64,000 bases of DNA from Bacteroidia bacterium. GTDB taxonomy: Bacteria > Bacteroidota > Bacteroidia > NS11-12g > UBA955. Shown piece after piece: positions 18,741-29,222 of this stretch. The position numbers and the translations under genes were made by a program. The stretch spans positions 21,914-85,913 of the forward strand of contig JBIKPR010000002.1 of NCBI GenBank assembly GCA_044357345.1. The letters are read 5' to 3'. Under the pieces are notes generated by a model. It worked only from the letters and a program-made list of their open reading frames with translations. It ran no database searches and was not told the DNA's origin. Every line of letters begins with the position of its first letter. Position 1 is the stretch's first letter.

Positions 18741-21488
18741 TTAAAGAGAATCTAATTTTCTAGCGATTGAAGTTTCTTCAAATATTTCTAAGTTGTCACC
18801 AACTTCTATATTTTGGAAATTCTTGATAGAGATACCACACTCAAAGCCTTTAACCACATCTTTCACATCGTCTTTGAAACGTTTTAAAGAGTCGAGAGAA
18901 CCTTGGTGAATAACCACACCATCACGTATTAAGCGGATTTTAGCACTTCTGGTAACTTTACCATCTGTAACCATACAACCTGCGATTGTACCAACTTTAG
19001 TGATTTTGAACACATCGCGGACTTCAACGTTACCAATAATGGTTTCTTTGATTTCAGGACTTAACATACCTTCGATAGCCGATTTGATTTCGTCGATGGC
19101 TTGGTAAATAACTGAATAGTGTCTGATATCAATTTGTTCGGTTTCAGCAATTTTCTTGGCACTAGAGCTTGGTCTAACTTGGAAACCGATGATGATGGCA
19201 TCTGAAGCAGACGCTAACAATACATCACTTTCTGTGATTTGACCCACACCACGGTGAATTACTTTAACCAAAACCTCTTTATTTGATAGGTTCAACAACG
19301 AATCGCTCAATGCTTCAACAGAACCGTTCACGTCACCTTTGATGATTAAGTTAAGTTCTTTGAAGTTGCCAATAGCAAGACGTCTTCCAATCTCGTCGAG
19401 CGTTATATGTTTGGTTGTTCTGATGCCTTGCTCGCGCATCAATTGTTCGCGTTTGTTCGCTAAATCTTTTGCTTCATCTTCACTTGGCAATACGTTTAAC
19501 GGGTCACCAGCTGAAGGGGTTTCAGAGAATCCAAGCATACTAACAGGCGTTGATGGTCCTGCGAATTCCACTCTTTGGTTTCTTTCGTTAAACAAAGCTT
19601 TCACTTTTGCATAATGAGAACCTGCTACTAGGTGGTCGCCTACCCTTAATGTTCCCGTTTGAATCAATACACTTGCTACCACACCACGGCCTTTATCAAG
19701 ACGGGCTTCAACAATTGTACCTTTCGCTTTTCTTTCTGGATCTGCTTTCAACTCAAGGAGTTCAGCTTCTAATAGTATTTTTTCCAAAAGTTTGTCGATG
19801 TTCAAACCTTTTTTGGCTGAAATCTCTTGGCTTTGGAATTTACCGCCCCATTCTTCTACAAGAATGTTCATGGCAGAAAGTTCTTCTCTAATTTTCTCAG
19901 GGTTAGCACCTTCTTTATCCATTTTATTAATGGCAAATATCATTGGTACGTTTGCTGCTTGTGCGTGGGAGATTGCTTCACGCGTTTGTGGCATGAGGCT
20001 GTCGTCTGCCGCAATCACAATAACTGCTATATCGGTAACTTTAGCACCACGGGCACGCATAGCTGTAAAAGCTTCGTGACCAGGAGTATCTAAGAAAGTT
20101 ATTTTTTGTCCTTTTGCCAATTGAACTTCATAGGCACCGATGTGTTGGGTGATGCCACCTGCTTCACCAGCAATTACATTGGCATTGCGCACATAGTCCA
20201 ACAGAGATGTTTTACCATGGTCAACGTGACCCATTACGGTTACGATTGGAGGACGAGAGATTGTTTTTGTTGGGTCATCTTGTTCCTCATCAATTGCGAT
20301 GGTGTCTTGTGCATCAACGAATTCAACTTCAAAGCCGAATTCATCTGCTACTAGAGTAATGGTTTCAGCATCCAAACGTTGGTTAATGGACACCATTAGA
20401 CCCAATGAGAAACAGGTTGAAATAACTTGCGTTACTTGAACGTCCATCATTTTCGCCAAATCGTTCGCAGTTAAGAATTCTGTTACTTTCAGAATTAAGT
20501 CTTCCTGCTCCATTCTTTCCCTCTCTACGTTTCTAGCTTGATAGTGGTCGTCTCTCTTTTGTCTTTTAAACTTAGATTTATTTGTTTTACCACGTCCTGA
20601 AGAGTCAATTTTATTTAATGTCTTCTTCAGTTTATCTTGAATTTCCTTTTGGGTAATTTCTTTTTTAGGCTCGTTAGGTCTTTGTCCTATATTGGTTCTG
20701 TTAACTTTAATTTCTTGTTGAATGTTAACTTTTTGCGGACCTGACTTGCGTTTGCGTTTTTCTCTGTTTAGTTTCTCAGCTGGGGTAAGGAATTTAGATT
20801 TCATTACCGGATCAGGTCTCAACTCAATTTTACCTTTGATGGTTAGACCGTCCAATTCAACCAAATTGGCTTTTACCAATTCTCTTTCGTCAATTTCTGG
20901 AACAACAGTTTCTGTAACTGGTACAAGAACTGGTTTCACTTCTGTTATTGGCTCAGGTGCTTTTACCACAATAATTGGTTTAGCTTCTGGTGCTTTATTT
21001 TCTTTTCTTTTCCTGCCGCCTGGACCAGGTAATTCGATCTTGCCCATAACAGTTAAACCTGTTTTTTCAATTTTTTCTTCTTGAATAGGTTCAATAACAG
21101 GCGTTTCAACTACAACTATTGGTTCTGGAATTGGAGCTGGCTTCTCTTTAACGACCGGCGCAATTACCTCTGGCGTCATATTTTTGATAAACAATTCAGG
21201 CTCAGGTTCTGGCTCAATTTGTTTTTCCTCCTCTTTCTTTTTGTTAACTACTTCTTCAACCTTAACAACATCTTCGCGTTTTTTTAATTTAAGGCCTGCT
21301 GATTTAGACTCTTCTTTTGCTTCTTTATCTGAAGAGAAAATGCCTGCAATGTAGCCGTACATTTCTTCCGTAAGCTTCGCCGTTGGTTTGTTGTCAATGG
21401 CAAAACCTTTCTTCTGCAAACTTTCTATAATTGTTTGCGTACTTACATTGAATTCCGATGCCGCTTTTCCTAATCTTATTTCTGCCAT
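18741..21488 (-). CDS. infB: translation initiation factor IF-2
   Basis: 915 aa with the G-domain motifs [13 protein letters not shown] and NKMD, and a K/E/P-rich N-terminal region. Confidence 0.97.
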   Translation of the reverse strand: MAEIRLGKAASEFNVSTQTIIESLQKKGFAIDNKPTAKLTEEMYGYIAGIFSSDKEAKEESKSAGLKLKKREDVVKVEEVVNKKKEEEKQIEPEPEPELFIKNMTPEVIAPVVKEKPAPIPEPIVVVETPVIEPIQEEKIEKTGLTVMGKIELPGPGGRKRKENKAPEAKPIIVVKAPEPITEVKPVLVPVTETVVPEIDERELVKANLVELDGLTIKGKIELRPDPVMKSKFLTPAEKLNREKRKRKSGPQKVNIQQEIKVNRTNIGQRPNEPKKEITQKEIQDKLKKTLNKIDSSGRGKTNKSKFKRQKRDDHYQARNVERERMEQEDLILKVTEFLTANDLAKMMDVQVTQVISTCFSLGLMVSINQRLDAETITLVADEFGFEVEFVDAQDTIAIDEEQDDPTKTISRPPIVTVMGHVDHGKTSLLDYVRNANVIAGEAGGITQHIGAYEVQLAKGQKITFLDTPGHEAFTAMRARGAKVTDIAVIVIAADDSLMPQTREAISHAQAANVPMIFAINKMDKEGANPEKIREELSAMNILVEEWGGKFQSQEISAKKGLNIDKLLEKILLEAELLELKADPERKAKGTIVEARLDKGRGVVASVLIQTGTLRVGDHLVAGSHYAKVKALFNERNQRVEFAGPSTPVSMLGFSETPSAGDPLNVLPSEDEAKDLANKREQLMREQGIRTTKHITLDEIGRRLAIGNFKELNLIIKGDVNGSVEALSDSLLNLSNKEVLVKVIHRGVGQITESDVLLASASDAIIIGFQVRPSSSAKKIAETEQIDIRHYSVIYQAIDEIKSAIEGMLSPEIKETIIGNVEVRDVFKITKVGTIAGCMVTDGKVTRSAKIRLIRDGVVIHQGSLDSLKRFKDDVKDVVKGFECGISIKNFQNIEVGDNLEIFEETSIARKLDSL

Positions 21489-21528
21489 TCAGTCTTTGTT
21501 GTCTATGACAAGTATTTGTCAAAAAATG

Positions 21529-21536
21529 CAAAGGTA
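21529..21536 (-). promoter_or_regulatory. Bacteroidota -7 promoter box for infB
   Basis: The minus strand reads tacctttg, 41 nt upstream of the infB ATG. Confidence 0.4.
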
Positions 21537-21592
21537 GGGCAATATTCCTATTAATGCAAATTAATAACTTGATTCACGAGTCAACCACAAAT

Positions 21593-22090
21593 TTAACGTA
21601 AACACTTGAAATAATCAAATGGTTCGAGGCAATCTTTGCATTTGTATAATGCCTTGCAGGCTGTGCTGCCAAATTGGCTGATTAAAACGGTGTTTTTGCT
21701 GTTGCATTGAGGGCATTCAACCGCATGTGATTTGCCAAATAGTGCATTGATGTCTATGTTTTCTTCCTCTGGTGGTGCAATGCCATAGGCTTTTAATTTT
21801 TGTTTGCCTTTTTCACTCATCCAGTCAGTGGTCCATGCAGGCGATAAAATTAATTTTACTTTCGATGGGATGCCCATCTCACTGAGGGTGGCAATAATTT
21901 CTGTCTCAATCATACTCATGGCTGGACAGCCACTGTAAGTTGGCGTAATGAGAATTTCAAAGCCATCTTCTAATTCGTTCACTTCGCGCACCACACCAAG
22001 GTCGACCACCGACAAGACCGGTATTTCAGGGTCGCTGATGCGTTCTAATATGGCCCAAATATCTAATATGCTGTATTTTGTAGTGCTCAT
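21593..22090 (-). CDS. PaaD-like protein (DUF59/MIP18 domain plus C-terminal zinc ribbon)
   Basis: DPEIPVLSVVDLGVVREV and TPTYSGCPAM (DUF59), followed by CPQCNS...CKDC. No other paa genes are nearby. Confidence 0.65.
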   Translation of the reverse strand: MSTTKYSILDIWAILERISDPEIPVLSVVDLGVVREVNELEDGFEILITPTYSGCPAMSMIETEIIATLSEMGIPSKVKLILSPAWTTDWMSEKGKQKLKAYGIAPPEEENIDINALFGKSHAVECPQCNSKNTVLISQFGSTACKALYKCKDCLEPFDYFKCLR

Positions 22091-22110
22091 GCTTCTGCAA
22101 ATTTAAGGGT

Positions 22111-22593
22111 TTAATTTTCGAATTCTAATTTCATAATGGACTGACATTCCTCATATCCATATCCTCTTCCCACCAAGTATTTAACGGTTTTTAATTTCTT
22201 TTCAAACAATGATCCTGACTTAATGTTTTTGAGATATTTTTCGGCAATGCGTTGGATGTTTTTTTTATAATCGTCTGGGTCAATTTCCTTCATGGCTTTT
22301 TCGATGCAGTAGTCGCTTATTTGTTTGTTTTTTAGTTCCCGTATGATTTTGTTTTTACCCCATTTTTTTTGCCTGAATTTTCCACCTGCAAATGCTTTCG
22401 CAAAGCGCTCTTCATTGATCATCCCTTTTTGCACCACATTGGCCATAATTTCCTCTACGTCTTGGGTGATTAATCCAAAGGTGTACAATTTGTCGCGCAC
22501 CTCTTTATGGCAACGTTCTTGGTAATTGCAGAATATCTCTATTTTTAATTTGGCCTCATTAGGCGTATAGTTTTTTTTATTTTTCTCAAGCAT
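22111..22593 (-). CDS. recX: regulatory protein RecX
   Basis: FCNYQERCHKEVRDKLYTFGL, NEERFAKAFAGGKFRQKKWGKNKI and SDYCIEKA fit Bacteroidota RecX. Confidence 0.8.
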   Translation of the reverse strand: MLEKNKKNYTPNEAKLKIEIFCNYQERCHKEVRDKLYTFGLITQDVEEIMANVVQKGMINEERFAKAFAGGKFRQKKWGKNKIIRELKNKQISDYCIEKAMKEIDPDDYKKNIQRIAEKYLKNIKSGSLFEKKLKTVKYLVGRGYGYEECQSIMKLEFEN

Positions 22594-22594
22594 G

Positions 22595-23764
22595 TTATTC
22601 TACTATAAATTCTGAAATTTCGCTATACACCGTGGATGAAATTTTAACAAAATATACGCCTTTTGGAAAACCTGAAATATCAATATTGCTTGTGAAATTT
22701 TCCCTTATTTCCATAACCACCTGGCCTATGCTGTTGTAAATTATTACATGGCTATTTTGGATTTGATTTTCAATCGAAATTGTATTAGTCGCCGGATTCG
22801 GATACAAGCATGCACGCGCATTTTTTTTGAAAGAATAGATGTTTTGTCTATAGGTGTTGAATGTTGAATACACTGGATAATGGTCGCTGCAGGTTGTAGA
22901 ATAGTTGCTAATGTATTGCTCGAGATGCCATATGAAAGAAGAGTCGGTTTTGTGTTTTGAAGTTAATGCGGCGGATGCCAATTGGTGGTCAATTGCATCA
23001 GGGTAATTTGTGGTGGTTCCCTGTCCCTTATCGCTGAATTTTTTACTCAAGAATTGGTAGCGAAATCCTTGGTCTAGTAAGCGGATAAATGGAGATGGTA
23101 AATTGTTGAAAATAGACAAATCGATATCGTCGTTCCAATCGCCCAATACCATGGTGTAATTGTTCTGAGGCAATTTATTGAGATACATTTTTAGCCATTC
23201 TGCAGAGCGTTTACGGCTGTTATAGGCAAGCATTTTTGCACTGTCAGTTCCAGTGTTTGCTTTAAGGTGTACAACGATTAATCGCAAAGTGTCAATGCCG
23301 ATGTCGTTTTTTGGTATAAGCCTAATTTCTAATGGGAACCTAAGGGTTGAAAAACTGTCTTTGTTTTCAGTGCCTAATAGTTTTGAATCCAGAAGTGAAA
23401 ACAGATTGGTATTGAAAATGAGAGCGGTTTTTTGTTCAGGAAAATAGGGGGCTAATACGGCTTGGTAATTGGGCAATTTAAGCATCATAGAATCAAATGC
23501 TTTTTTTTCTGAAACTTCACATAAACCCCATACATCAAGCTCTGCATTTTGAATGGTTTTTAGAATCAATGCTTGTTGTTTTGCATCGTCACTAGGTCCA
23601 AATCCAGAGGCTGTTTTGCCGAACCATTCAAGGTTCCAATTGGCAATTTCTAAAGTGTAGTTTTGTCCAATTTTTGGTATGTTTTGAGCATGCGTTTTTA
23701 TATGTACCGATAGGGAACAAAGGATGAAAAAAAGTTTAAAGAATAAGGGTCTATTTTTTTGCAA
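22595..23764 (-). CDS. endonuclease/exonuclease/phosphatase (EEP) family protein with T9SS C-terminal sorting domain
   Basis: Signal peptide, ANWNLEWFG, GDWNDD, CSDHYPV, and the C-terminal LYPNPATNTISI...GVYFVKISS. Confidence 0.78.
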   Translation of the reverse strand: MQKNRPLFFKLFFILCSLSVHIKTHAQNIPKIGQNYTLEIANWNLEWFGKTASGFGPSDDAKQQALILKTIQNAELDVWGLCEVSEKKAFDSMMLKLPNYQAVLAPYFPEQKTALIFNTNLFSLLDSKLLGTENKDSFSTLRFPLEIRLIPKNDIGIDTLRLIVVHLKANTGTDSAKMLAYNSRKRSAEWLKMYLNKLPQNNYTMVLGDWNDDIDLSIFNNLPSPFIRLLDQGFRYQFLSKKFSDKGQGTTTNYPDAIDHQLASAALTSKHKTDSSFIWHLEQYISNYSTTCSDHYPVYSTFNTYRQNIYSFKKNARACLYPNPATNTISIENQIQNSHVIIYNSIGQVVMEIRENFTSNIDISGFPKGVYFVKISSTVYSEISEFIVE

Positions 23765-24647
23765 GCTTAATTGACGCAGTTTTAATCATCCAGGCAAAAA
23801 CCAAGGTAGAAAAGAAAGTGATCATAGCATAGACCATTGCAGGTTTTTGCATGTCAGAATTTTTCAAGATATTTCCAGAAACCAGTAAGGCTAAGGCTGT
23901 ATTTTGTAAACCTACTTCCACCATTATGGTGACTTTGTTTTGTAAACTAATGGTGTAAATTGAACCTAAAATATACCCTAAGAACATGCCTGAAAAATTC
24001 AATAGTAATACCCAAAGACCTTGCTGCCATAATTCGCTTGAGCTGATATGGATTCCACCTTTATCGACAGGGGCTAAAAACTTAATAGCAAAAATCAAAA
24101 GCAATAACGCGGGTAATAGATATTTTAATATAGGTCTAATTTTTTCAGCTATAGCAGGCAATTTACTGTTAATTAAAACACCAATTAAAGCTGGCACAAT
24201 TGTTACCAAGGCAATGTGTTCAATGGTTCGTAAAACGGGTAGTTCAATAACAGTAGATTTGTTGATGAAAAAATCGAGGGCTAAGTTTACCAAGAATGGC
24301 AAAGTAAACATGCACAATATTCCGTTTACAACGGTCAATGAAATACTGAGGGCAACATTCCCTTTAAGCAAGAAACTGACCAAATTGGACGTTACACCAC
24401 CAGGACAGAGGGAGATGATTATAAATCCCACTTTTATAGCAGGTGCTAAATCCGACATCATCATTAATAATAAAGCTGAAAGTGGCAATAAAACCATTTG
24501 GGCAATTAGGCCAATGGTTAATGAGCCAGGAAAAGAGATGATGTTTACAAAATCTTTGTTACTTAGGCTAAGCCCCAAACTCATGGTAATAAATGCAAGG
24601 ACAACATCTATTAGAAAATCAATGTTTTGAAACAATAGGTCCAACAT
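23751..24647 (-). CDS. bile acid:sodium symporter (BASS) family transporter
   Basis: Polytopic membrane protein with the SLCPGGVTSN signature. Confidence 0.8.
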   Translation of the reverse strand: MLDLLFQNIDFLIDVVLAFITMSLGLSLSNKDFVNIISFPGSLTIGLIAQMVLLPLSALLLMMMSDLAPAIKVGFIIISLCPGGVTSNLVSFLLKGNVALSISLTVVNGILCMFTLPFLVNLALDFFINKSTVIELPVLRTIEHIALVTIVPALIGVLINSKLPAIAEKIRPILKYLLPALLLLIFAIKFLAPVDKGGIHISSSELWQQGLWVLLLNFSGMFLGYILGSIYTISLQNKVTIMVEVGLQNTALALLVSGNILKNSDMQKPAMVYAMITFFSTLVFAWMIKTASIKLAKK

Positions 24648-24794
24648 CTGTTTTGTGGCGGCTTAAATTTTGAACAAACTTAAAGTTTTTTTTTGAGTTT
24701 TATGTTTTTTTTAATTCAATACAGACAGAAATCATAAATTAAAATTTATGTGCTTAAGACGTAAGTGAAGTTTTAATATGTTGAATGCATTGTG

Positions 24795-24802
24795 TAAATT
24801 TG
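24795..24802 (+). promoter_or_regulatory. Bacteroidota -7 promoter box upstream of gldH
   Basis: taaatttg, 4 nt before the ATG at 24807. Confidence 0.4.
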
Positions 24803-24806
24803 CAAG

Positions 24807-25277
24807 ATGAAGAATTCCCTATTCGTTTTGTTCCTTGTTCTGCTTTATTCTTGCTCTGAAAAGGGTAAGATTGTGGACCAGACCATAGATATACCTGAAG
24901 CAAAATGGAGTTATGATCAAATTCCAGAATTGCCGTTCACCATCAATAATAAAGGTATCTATTATGATTTCTTTTTAAAGTTGCGCATGCAAAAATCATA
25001 TCCCTATGAAAATTTATATTTATTGGCTAAGGTAAAAGGCCCTGATGGGAAATTTGTTGTACAAAGAATTAACTTTACATTAACCGATGAAATGGGCAAG
25101 CCTTTGGGGCGTTCAACGGGTTCGTCTGTTGATTACGAATTGCCAATGTTTAAAAACAAACGTTTTTCCAGCATAGGCGAATACACCATCTCTATTGAGC
25201 AGAATATGCGCGATAGTTTGGTTAATGGCATTGAGAGTATTGGTTTGAAAATTAAACAAGGCGATCCAATTTTTTAA
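24807..25277 (+). CDS. gldH: gliding motility lipoprotein GldH
   Basis: 156 aa with lipobox LLYSC. YPYENLYLLAKV...PDG and ISIEQNMRD...GIESIGLKI resemble F. johnsoniae GldH. Confidence 0.72.
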   Translation: MKNSLFVLFLVLLYSCSEKGKIVDQTIDIPEAKWSYDQIPELPFTINNKGIYYDFFLKLRMQKSYPYENLYLLAKVKGPDGKFVVQRINFTLTDEMGKPLGRSTGSSVDYELPMFKNKRFSSIGEYTISIEQNMRDSLVNGIESIGLKIKQGDPIF

Positions 25278-25669
25278 TGAATCAAAACATAGTCTTTTTT
25301 GATGGTGTTTGTAACCTCTGCAGCGGTGTTGTGCAATGGTTGATTAAACGCGACAAGAAAAATATTTTGTTCTATGCACCCTTGCAAGGTTCAACAGCTG
25401 CTTCACTATTGCCAAATTCTCAATTTCAAAAAATGGATTCCATCGTGTTTTTTCACCAAGGTAAATTTTACCACAAAAGTACAGCCGTTTTGAAGATTTT
25501 ACAGGTGCTTTCTTTCCCTTACACATTGTCTTTTGTCCTATTTGTTTTCCCGCGTTTTATTAGAGATTTCGTGTACGACTGGGTGGCTAAAAACCGTTAC
25601 CAATGGTATGGTAAAAAAGCAGAATGTTGGTTGCCAGATCAAGATTTATTGTCCAAGTTTAAACCATGA
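25277..25669 (+). CDS. DCC1-like thiol-disulfide oxidoreductase (DUF393)
   Basis: FFDGVCNLCSGVVQWLIKRD motif. Its start overlaps the gldH stop (TAATG). Confidence 0.8.
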   Translation: MNQNIVFFDGVCNLCSGVVQWLIKRDKKNILFYAPLQGSTAASLLPNSQFQKMDSIVFFHQGKFYHKSTAVLKILQVLSFPYTLSFVLFVFPRFIRDFVYDWVAKNRYQWYGKKAECWLPDQDLLSKFKP

Positions 25670-26919
25670 AAAAGACTCTTTTTTTAGTTTTATTGTTCCC
25701 TTTTTTTTTGACACAAGGCCAAGTGGTGTTGCATCTCGACAGTATGTTAAAGGTGGCCTATGAAAAAAAGTACCATTTTAGTGAAGATTTAATGTGTTTG
25801 CCTTTTTATTGCGATCCTTTTTGCGAAATATTTTATAAGAATGGGGATACCAATGGTTTGTGTGGTAAATATGTGTTTGTAAACCGAAATTATGAACTTA
25901 AGATTCGACCGGGATTTTCATTGCCTTGCAGTTTTGAACCTCGCTTTGGCGAAGGTTTGTGCGCTGTTAATATTGACAATAGGATAAGTTTTATTGATAC
26001 TCTTGGAAAGCTGCAATTTAGCACCAATTTATTGGCTTGTTCACCACAAAGGAATAAGGTCTTGCCATTTAAGAATGGAAAAGCAAAAGTGTACAAAGGC
26101 GGGAATACCTTAAAGCATTATTACGAGGTTTATTATATAGACAAAAAGGGAAAAAGAGTTCCTGAGCGTATATCGCTGCATGTTGTGCCGAAGAAAGTGA
26201 AGCAAGATCCAACAATTGTTGCTGTAGCGTCTAGGCCTGGTGCCGTTAAACCAAAAACGGCGGCTCCACCTGTGTTTCAATTACCTGATCTTCCTAGAGC
26301 TTATGCCCGCTCTACTTATCCTATTGATTCTGTTAATGCCCAACGGTTTTTAAACGAGAACAAACACCAAGACAACCGCATGTTGTTGTATTTTGATTGT
26401 GGCTCTTATCAAATAGAAAACATGGATATTCGCGATACGATATATTGTGGTAAGTTTGTGTTTACAGACAGCAGTTTTCGTGTAGAAATTGCGGGTGGAT
26501 TTAACCTGCCTTGTGGTTTTCAACCAGAATTTTCTGAAGGATTATGTGCTGTAGCAATAGACAGCTTAATTGACTATATTGATACTTTGGGTAGAGTTGT
26601 TATTCAAACGGGATTAAAGTCATGTGGCCCCAACAGCAACAAAGCGTCTACGTTTAGAAATGGCATAGCCACTTTGTATGTAGCCGACCCTTTGGTTAAG
26701 GGTTTATACACCACGCTAGCCATTAATACCAAAGGGGAGAGGGTTCGCTTTTTGGAGTTTGACGATTTGGATTTGGCTGAAAAAAAACTAGACAAGTTTA
26801 GGAACTTAACTGCCGAAGAGGCTGTGAATTGTTTTGTAGGCAGGGGAAAAACCAACGGCATTTGGTTCTTAGTTGAGAAGAGTGGGAAAGTGCGTAAAAA
26901 ACTCGAAATAAAGCCTTAA
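25666..26919 (+). CDS. WG-repeat-like secreted protein (internally duplicated)
   Basis: Signal peptide, then two copies of CGKYVFxxxxFxxxIxxGFxLPCxFxPxFxEGLCAVxIDxxIxxIDTLGK. ATGA overlap with the previous gene. Confidence 0.5.
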   Translation: MKKTLFLVLLFPFFLTQGQVVLHLDSMLKVAYEKKYHFSEDLMCLPFYCDPFCEIFYKNGDTNGLCGKYVFVNRNYELKIRPGFSLPCSFEPRFGEGLCAVNIDNRISFIDTLGKLQFSTNLLACSPQRNKVLPFKNGKAKVYKGGNTLKHYYEVYYIDKKGKRVPERISLHVVPKKVKQDPTIVAVASRPGAVKPKTAAPPVFQLPDLPRAYARSTYPIDSVNAQRFLNENKHQDNRMLLYFDCGSYQIENMDIRDTIYCGKFVFTDSSFRVEIAGGFNLPCGFQPEFSEGLCAVAIDSLIDYIDTLGRVVIQTGLKSCGPNSNKASTFRNGIATLYVADPLVKGLYTTLAINTKGERVRFLEFDDLDLAEKKLDKFRNLTAEEAVNCFVGRGKTNGIWFLVEKSGKVRKKLEIKP

Positions 26920-28148
26920 ACTGTTATTGTTTTCTTGTTCTCATAAGCCAAAGCAAGCGCCATGAATACGCTGAAGGCTACCACACTCGCTTGTCGTTCA
27001 AGTATGCTTTCAAAACAAGAAGCAATAAATAAAAGCAAGGATATTGACGCTAATGCATAGTTTTTATTTGATTGTCCAAATATGGCAAAGAGCAAGATTA
27101 ATAGGTATAAACTGGCTGAAATCAATCCACTTTGCGCAGCGGTTTCGAAAAATTGAAAATGCGGGTTTTTGCGGTTTGCAGATGTTATAGTGCTGTTCAT
27201 CTGCGCAAAGTTATCTTGTAGTTCTTTGTCCGCATCTCCTATGCCCACACCTAAGATGGGGTTTTTCTTAATCACTTGAATGGCGTTTTTCCATGCTTGT
27301 ACCCGCATGGCAAAAGAATAGTCGTTGGCGTCTTTGCCGTTCCACGCGACTTCGAAATCAGCAATCGTATTGCTCACTCTGTTGCGCAATGAGCTGCTCA
27401 TTGAGAACATAATTAATGGAAGGGCAATACCCATTCCTATAGCGATTATTTTGTTGCGCAAAGGCAGTTTGATAAGAACAGGTAAAAGGATAATTAGGAG
27501 TCCAATATACATGGCTAATAGACCTGTTCTAGCCGATAATATGTGCAGAAATACAAAGTTGGAAATACCAACAATAGAAATGACTATCTTGTCTATTTTG
27601 CTCAAATTTAAGGTTCGTCTTTGCAGTAAAAGATAAACACCTAATACGACTGAAATTGCCAATAAAATTGAAAATTGTATATGGTAAATACCATAGCCAA
27701 ATTCTATAGGAAGTGGTTTCGATTCAAGTATCAATTGATCGAATAGGGTTTTGTTTGACAAATAATTGTAAACGCTAATTATTGCCGGGAGGTACATGGC
27801 ATACAAACCAATAAGCACAAGGCTTGTATGGTGTTTGCTGTCTATTTTTTTGAGCGCATTATAAACAAGAGGAAAGCAGAGTATGGGTAGTTTGAGTATT
27901 AGTTTTCTGCTGGCTTCATCCGAGTTTTCGGAGTATAAAAATGAAAAGGCTGAACCTGCAAAAAACAAAACAAACAGAGATGAAAGAATCGCTTCAAACT
28001 TTGAAAAATCTTCGGGTTTGAATTGTAAGAGGCCTAAAATTGAAAGGCCAATAAAGGACATGCTGATAAGTGCAGGAGATAGTGTGAATGAAAATGCAAG
28101 TATAGCCCAAACTAACACCGTTGCTATTTGCATCCATTCTTTGCGCAT
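26916..28148 (-). CDS. O-antigen ligase/Wzy-like polytopic membrane protein
   Basis: About 10 TM segments and a periplasmic loop with NPHFQFFETAAQSGL, as in the Wzy_C domain. Confidence 0.65.
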   Translation of the reverse strand: MRKEWMQIATVLVWAILAFSFTLSPALISMSFIGLSILGLLQFKPEDFSKFEAILSSLFVLFFAGSAFSFLYSENSDEASRKLILKLPILCFPLVYNALKKIDSKHHTSLVLIGLYAMYLPAIISVYNYLSNKTLFDQLILESKPLPIEFGYGIYHIQFSILLAISVVLGVYLLLQRRTLNLSKIDKIVISIVGISNFVFLHILSARTGLLAMYIGLLIILLPVLIKLPLRNKIIAIGMGIALPLIMFSMSSSLRNRVSNTIADFEVAWNGKDANDYSFAMRVQAWKNAIQVIKKNPILGVGIGDADKELQDNFAQMNSTITSANRKNPHFQFFETAAQSGLISASLYLLILLFAIFGQSNKNYALASISLLLFIASCFESILERQASVVAFSVFMALALAYENKKTITV

Positions 28149-28163
28149 AGAAATGTTTGAAAA

Positions 28164-29072
28164 TTATTTTGCGTAGCTAACTTTAACTTCAGTGTTTTCA
28201 GATACACCTAGTTTGGCTGCAACTGTTTTGCTCATTTTCAAGATGACACCATCTTCTGGCTTGCAGTTGCCAACGACACGTGCAAAGACCGTATTGTTGT
28301 TGCTGGTATTGGTAATCATTACAATGGTGCCAATTTTAGCCGTTGGGTGTAAAATAAAGCTTCTTTCCTGACTTAACTCACCTTCACTGGAAATTGTAGC
28401 GGTTCCTTTTTCAGAAACTTCATCACCATCGTCGGTGTTGTAAGTTGTGTTAACCGTTCCGGGATTGTCTGCAAGTGGTGACTCTGCAATGATTGGTGTG
28501 TTTACCACCACATTGTTTTGCCCCACTTGTTTTGCTGCTGGTGTTTCAAGCACTGGTGCTGGTTTGACGACCGGCTTAACTGGCTCAGCAGGTTTTGGTT
28601 TAGCCGTTGTAGCCACTGTGATTTTTTTTTCGCCTACGATCAATTTTTGACCCAATTGGATATTGTCCGATTTGAGTTTATTCATTTCTTTAATTTTTGC
28701 AATGGTGGTGTTGTGCATTTTAGCAATTAAAGAAAGTGTTTGGCCTTTGTTAACGGTATGGTAAATTTTTTCGGTTTTTGCGGTGGTACTTGTAACTTCT
28801 GCCGTGCTGTTTGAAGATGATGAAGATTCGCCTTTTGGAATCATCAACACTTGTCCAATTTGAATAGACTGTTGAGAACCTTCATTGGCTGCAAAAATTT
28901 CTGCAGCAGGAACGCCGTATTTTTTTCCAATTCCGTAAACACCTTCACCCTTACTCACCTTATGCAAGATGTAGCGTTTGCCGTCAACTGTTTTAGTTCC
29001 GATAGAATCATTGGGCATTGCAGATGCTGCAAATGTCATGGCGAAGAAGCAGAAAATAATTAGATGTTTCAT
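28164..29072 (-). CDS. LysM domain-containing secreted protein
   Basis: Internal ATG (MKHLIIFCFFAMTFAASA signal peptide) preferred. Two LysM repeats (YILHKVSKGEGVYGIGKKYGV...; YHTVNKGQTLSLIAKMHNT...). Confidence 0.8.
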   Translation of the reverse strand: MKHLIIFCFFAMTFAASAMPNDSIGTKTVDGKRYILHKVSKGEGVYGIGKKYGVPAAEIFAANEGSQQSIQIGQVLMIPKGESSSSSNSTAEVTSTTAKTEKIYHTVNKGQTLSLIAKMHNTTIAKIKEMNKLKSDNIQLGQKLIVGEKKITVATTAKPKPAEPVKPVVKPAPVLETPAAKQVGQNNVVVNTPIIAESPLADNPGTVNTTYNTDDGDEVSEKGTATISSEGELSQERSFILHPTAKIGTIVMITNTSNNNTVFARVVGNCKPEDGVILKMSKTVAAKLGVSENTEVKVSYAK

Positions 29073-29222
29073 CTTGCGTGTATATCTACAAAGTAAGTTT
29101 ATAATCTTCTTCTTTCTTGCGATTGGGGTTATTACTTGTCGACAGGTGACAATAATTTTGGACAAGAAAAAGGGTGGATATTTTGATATGGGTTTTGACA
29201 GGAATTAGGGCCAAATTACTTG

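Noticed and set aside
19339-21287. Series of plus-strand ORFs of 68-120 aa antisense to infB (similar sets lie antisense to aconitase, nrdA, nrdB, the Calx-beta protein and the BASS transporter, e.g. 23986-24630)
   Set aside because: They are shadow ORFs opposite strongly supported long genes. Their translations are low-complexity or hydrophobic nonsense.
21593-22090. A phenylacetate degradation (paa) cluster
   Set aside because: Only a lone PaaD-like/DUF59 gene is present, with no paaABCE neighbours. An Fe-S assembly (SufT/MIP18-like) role is equally likely.
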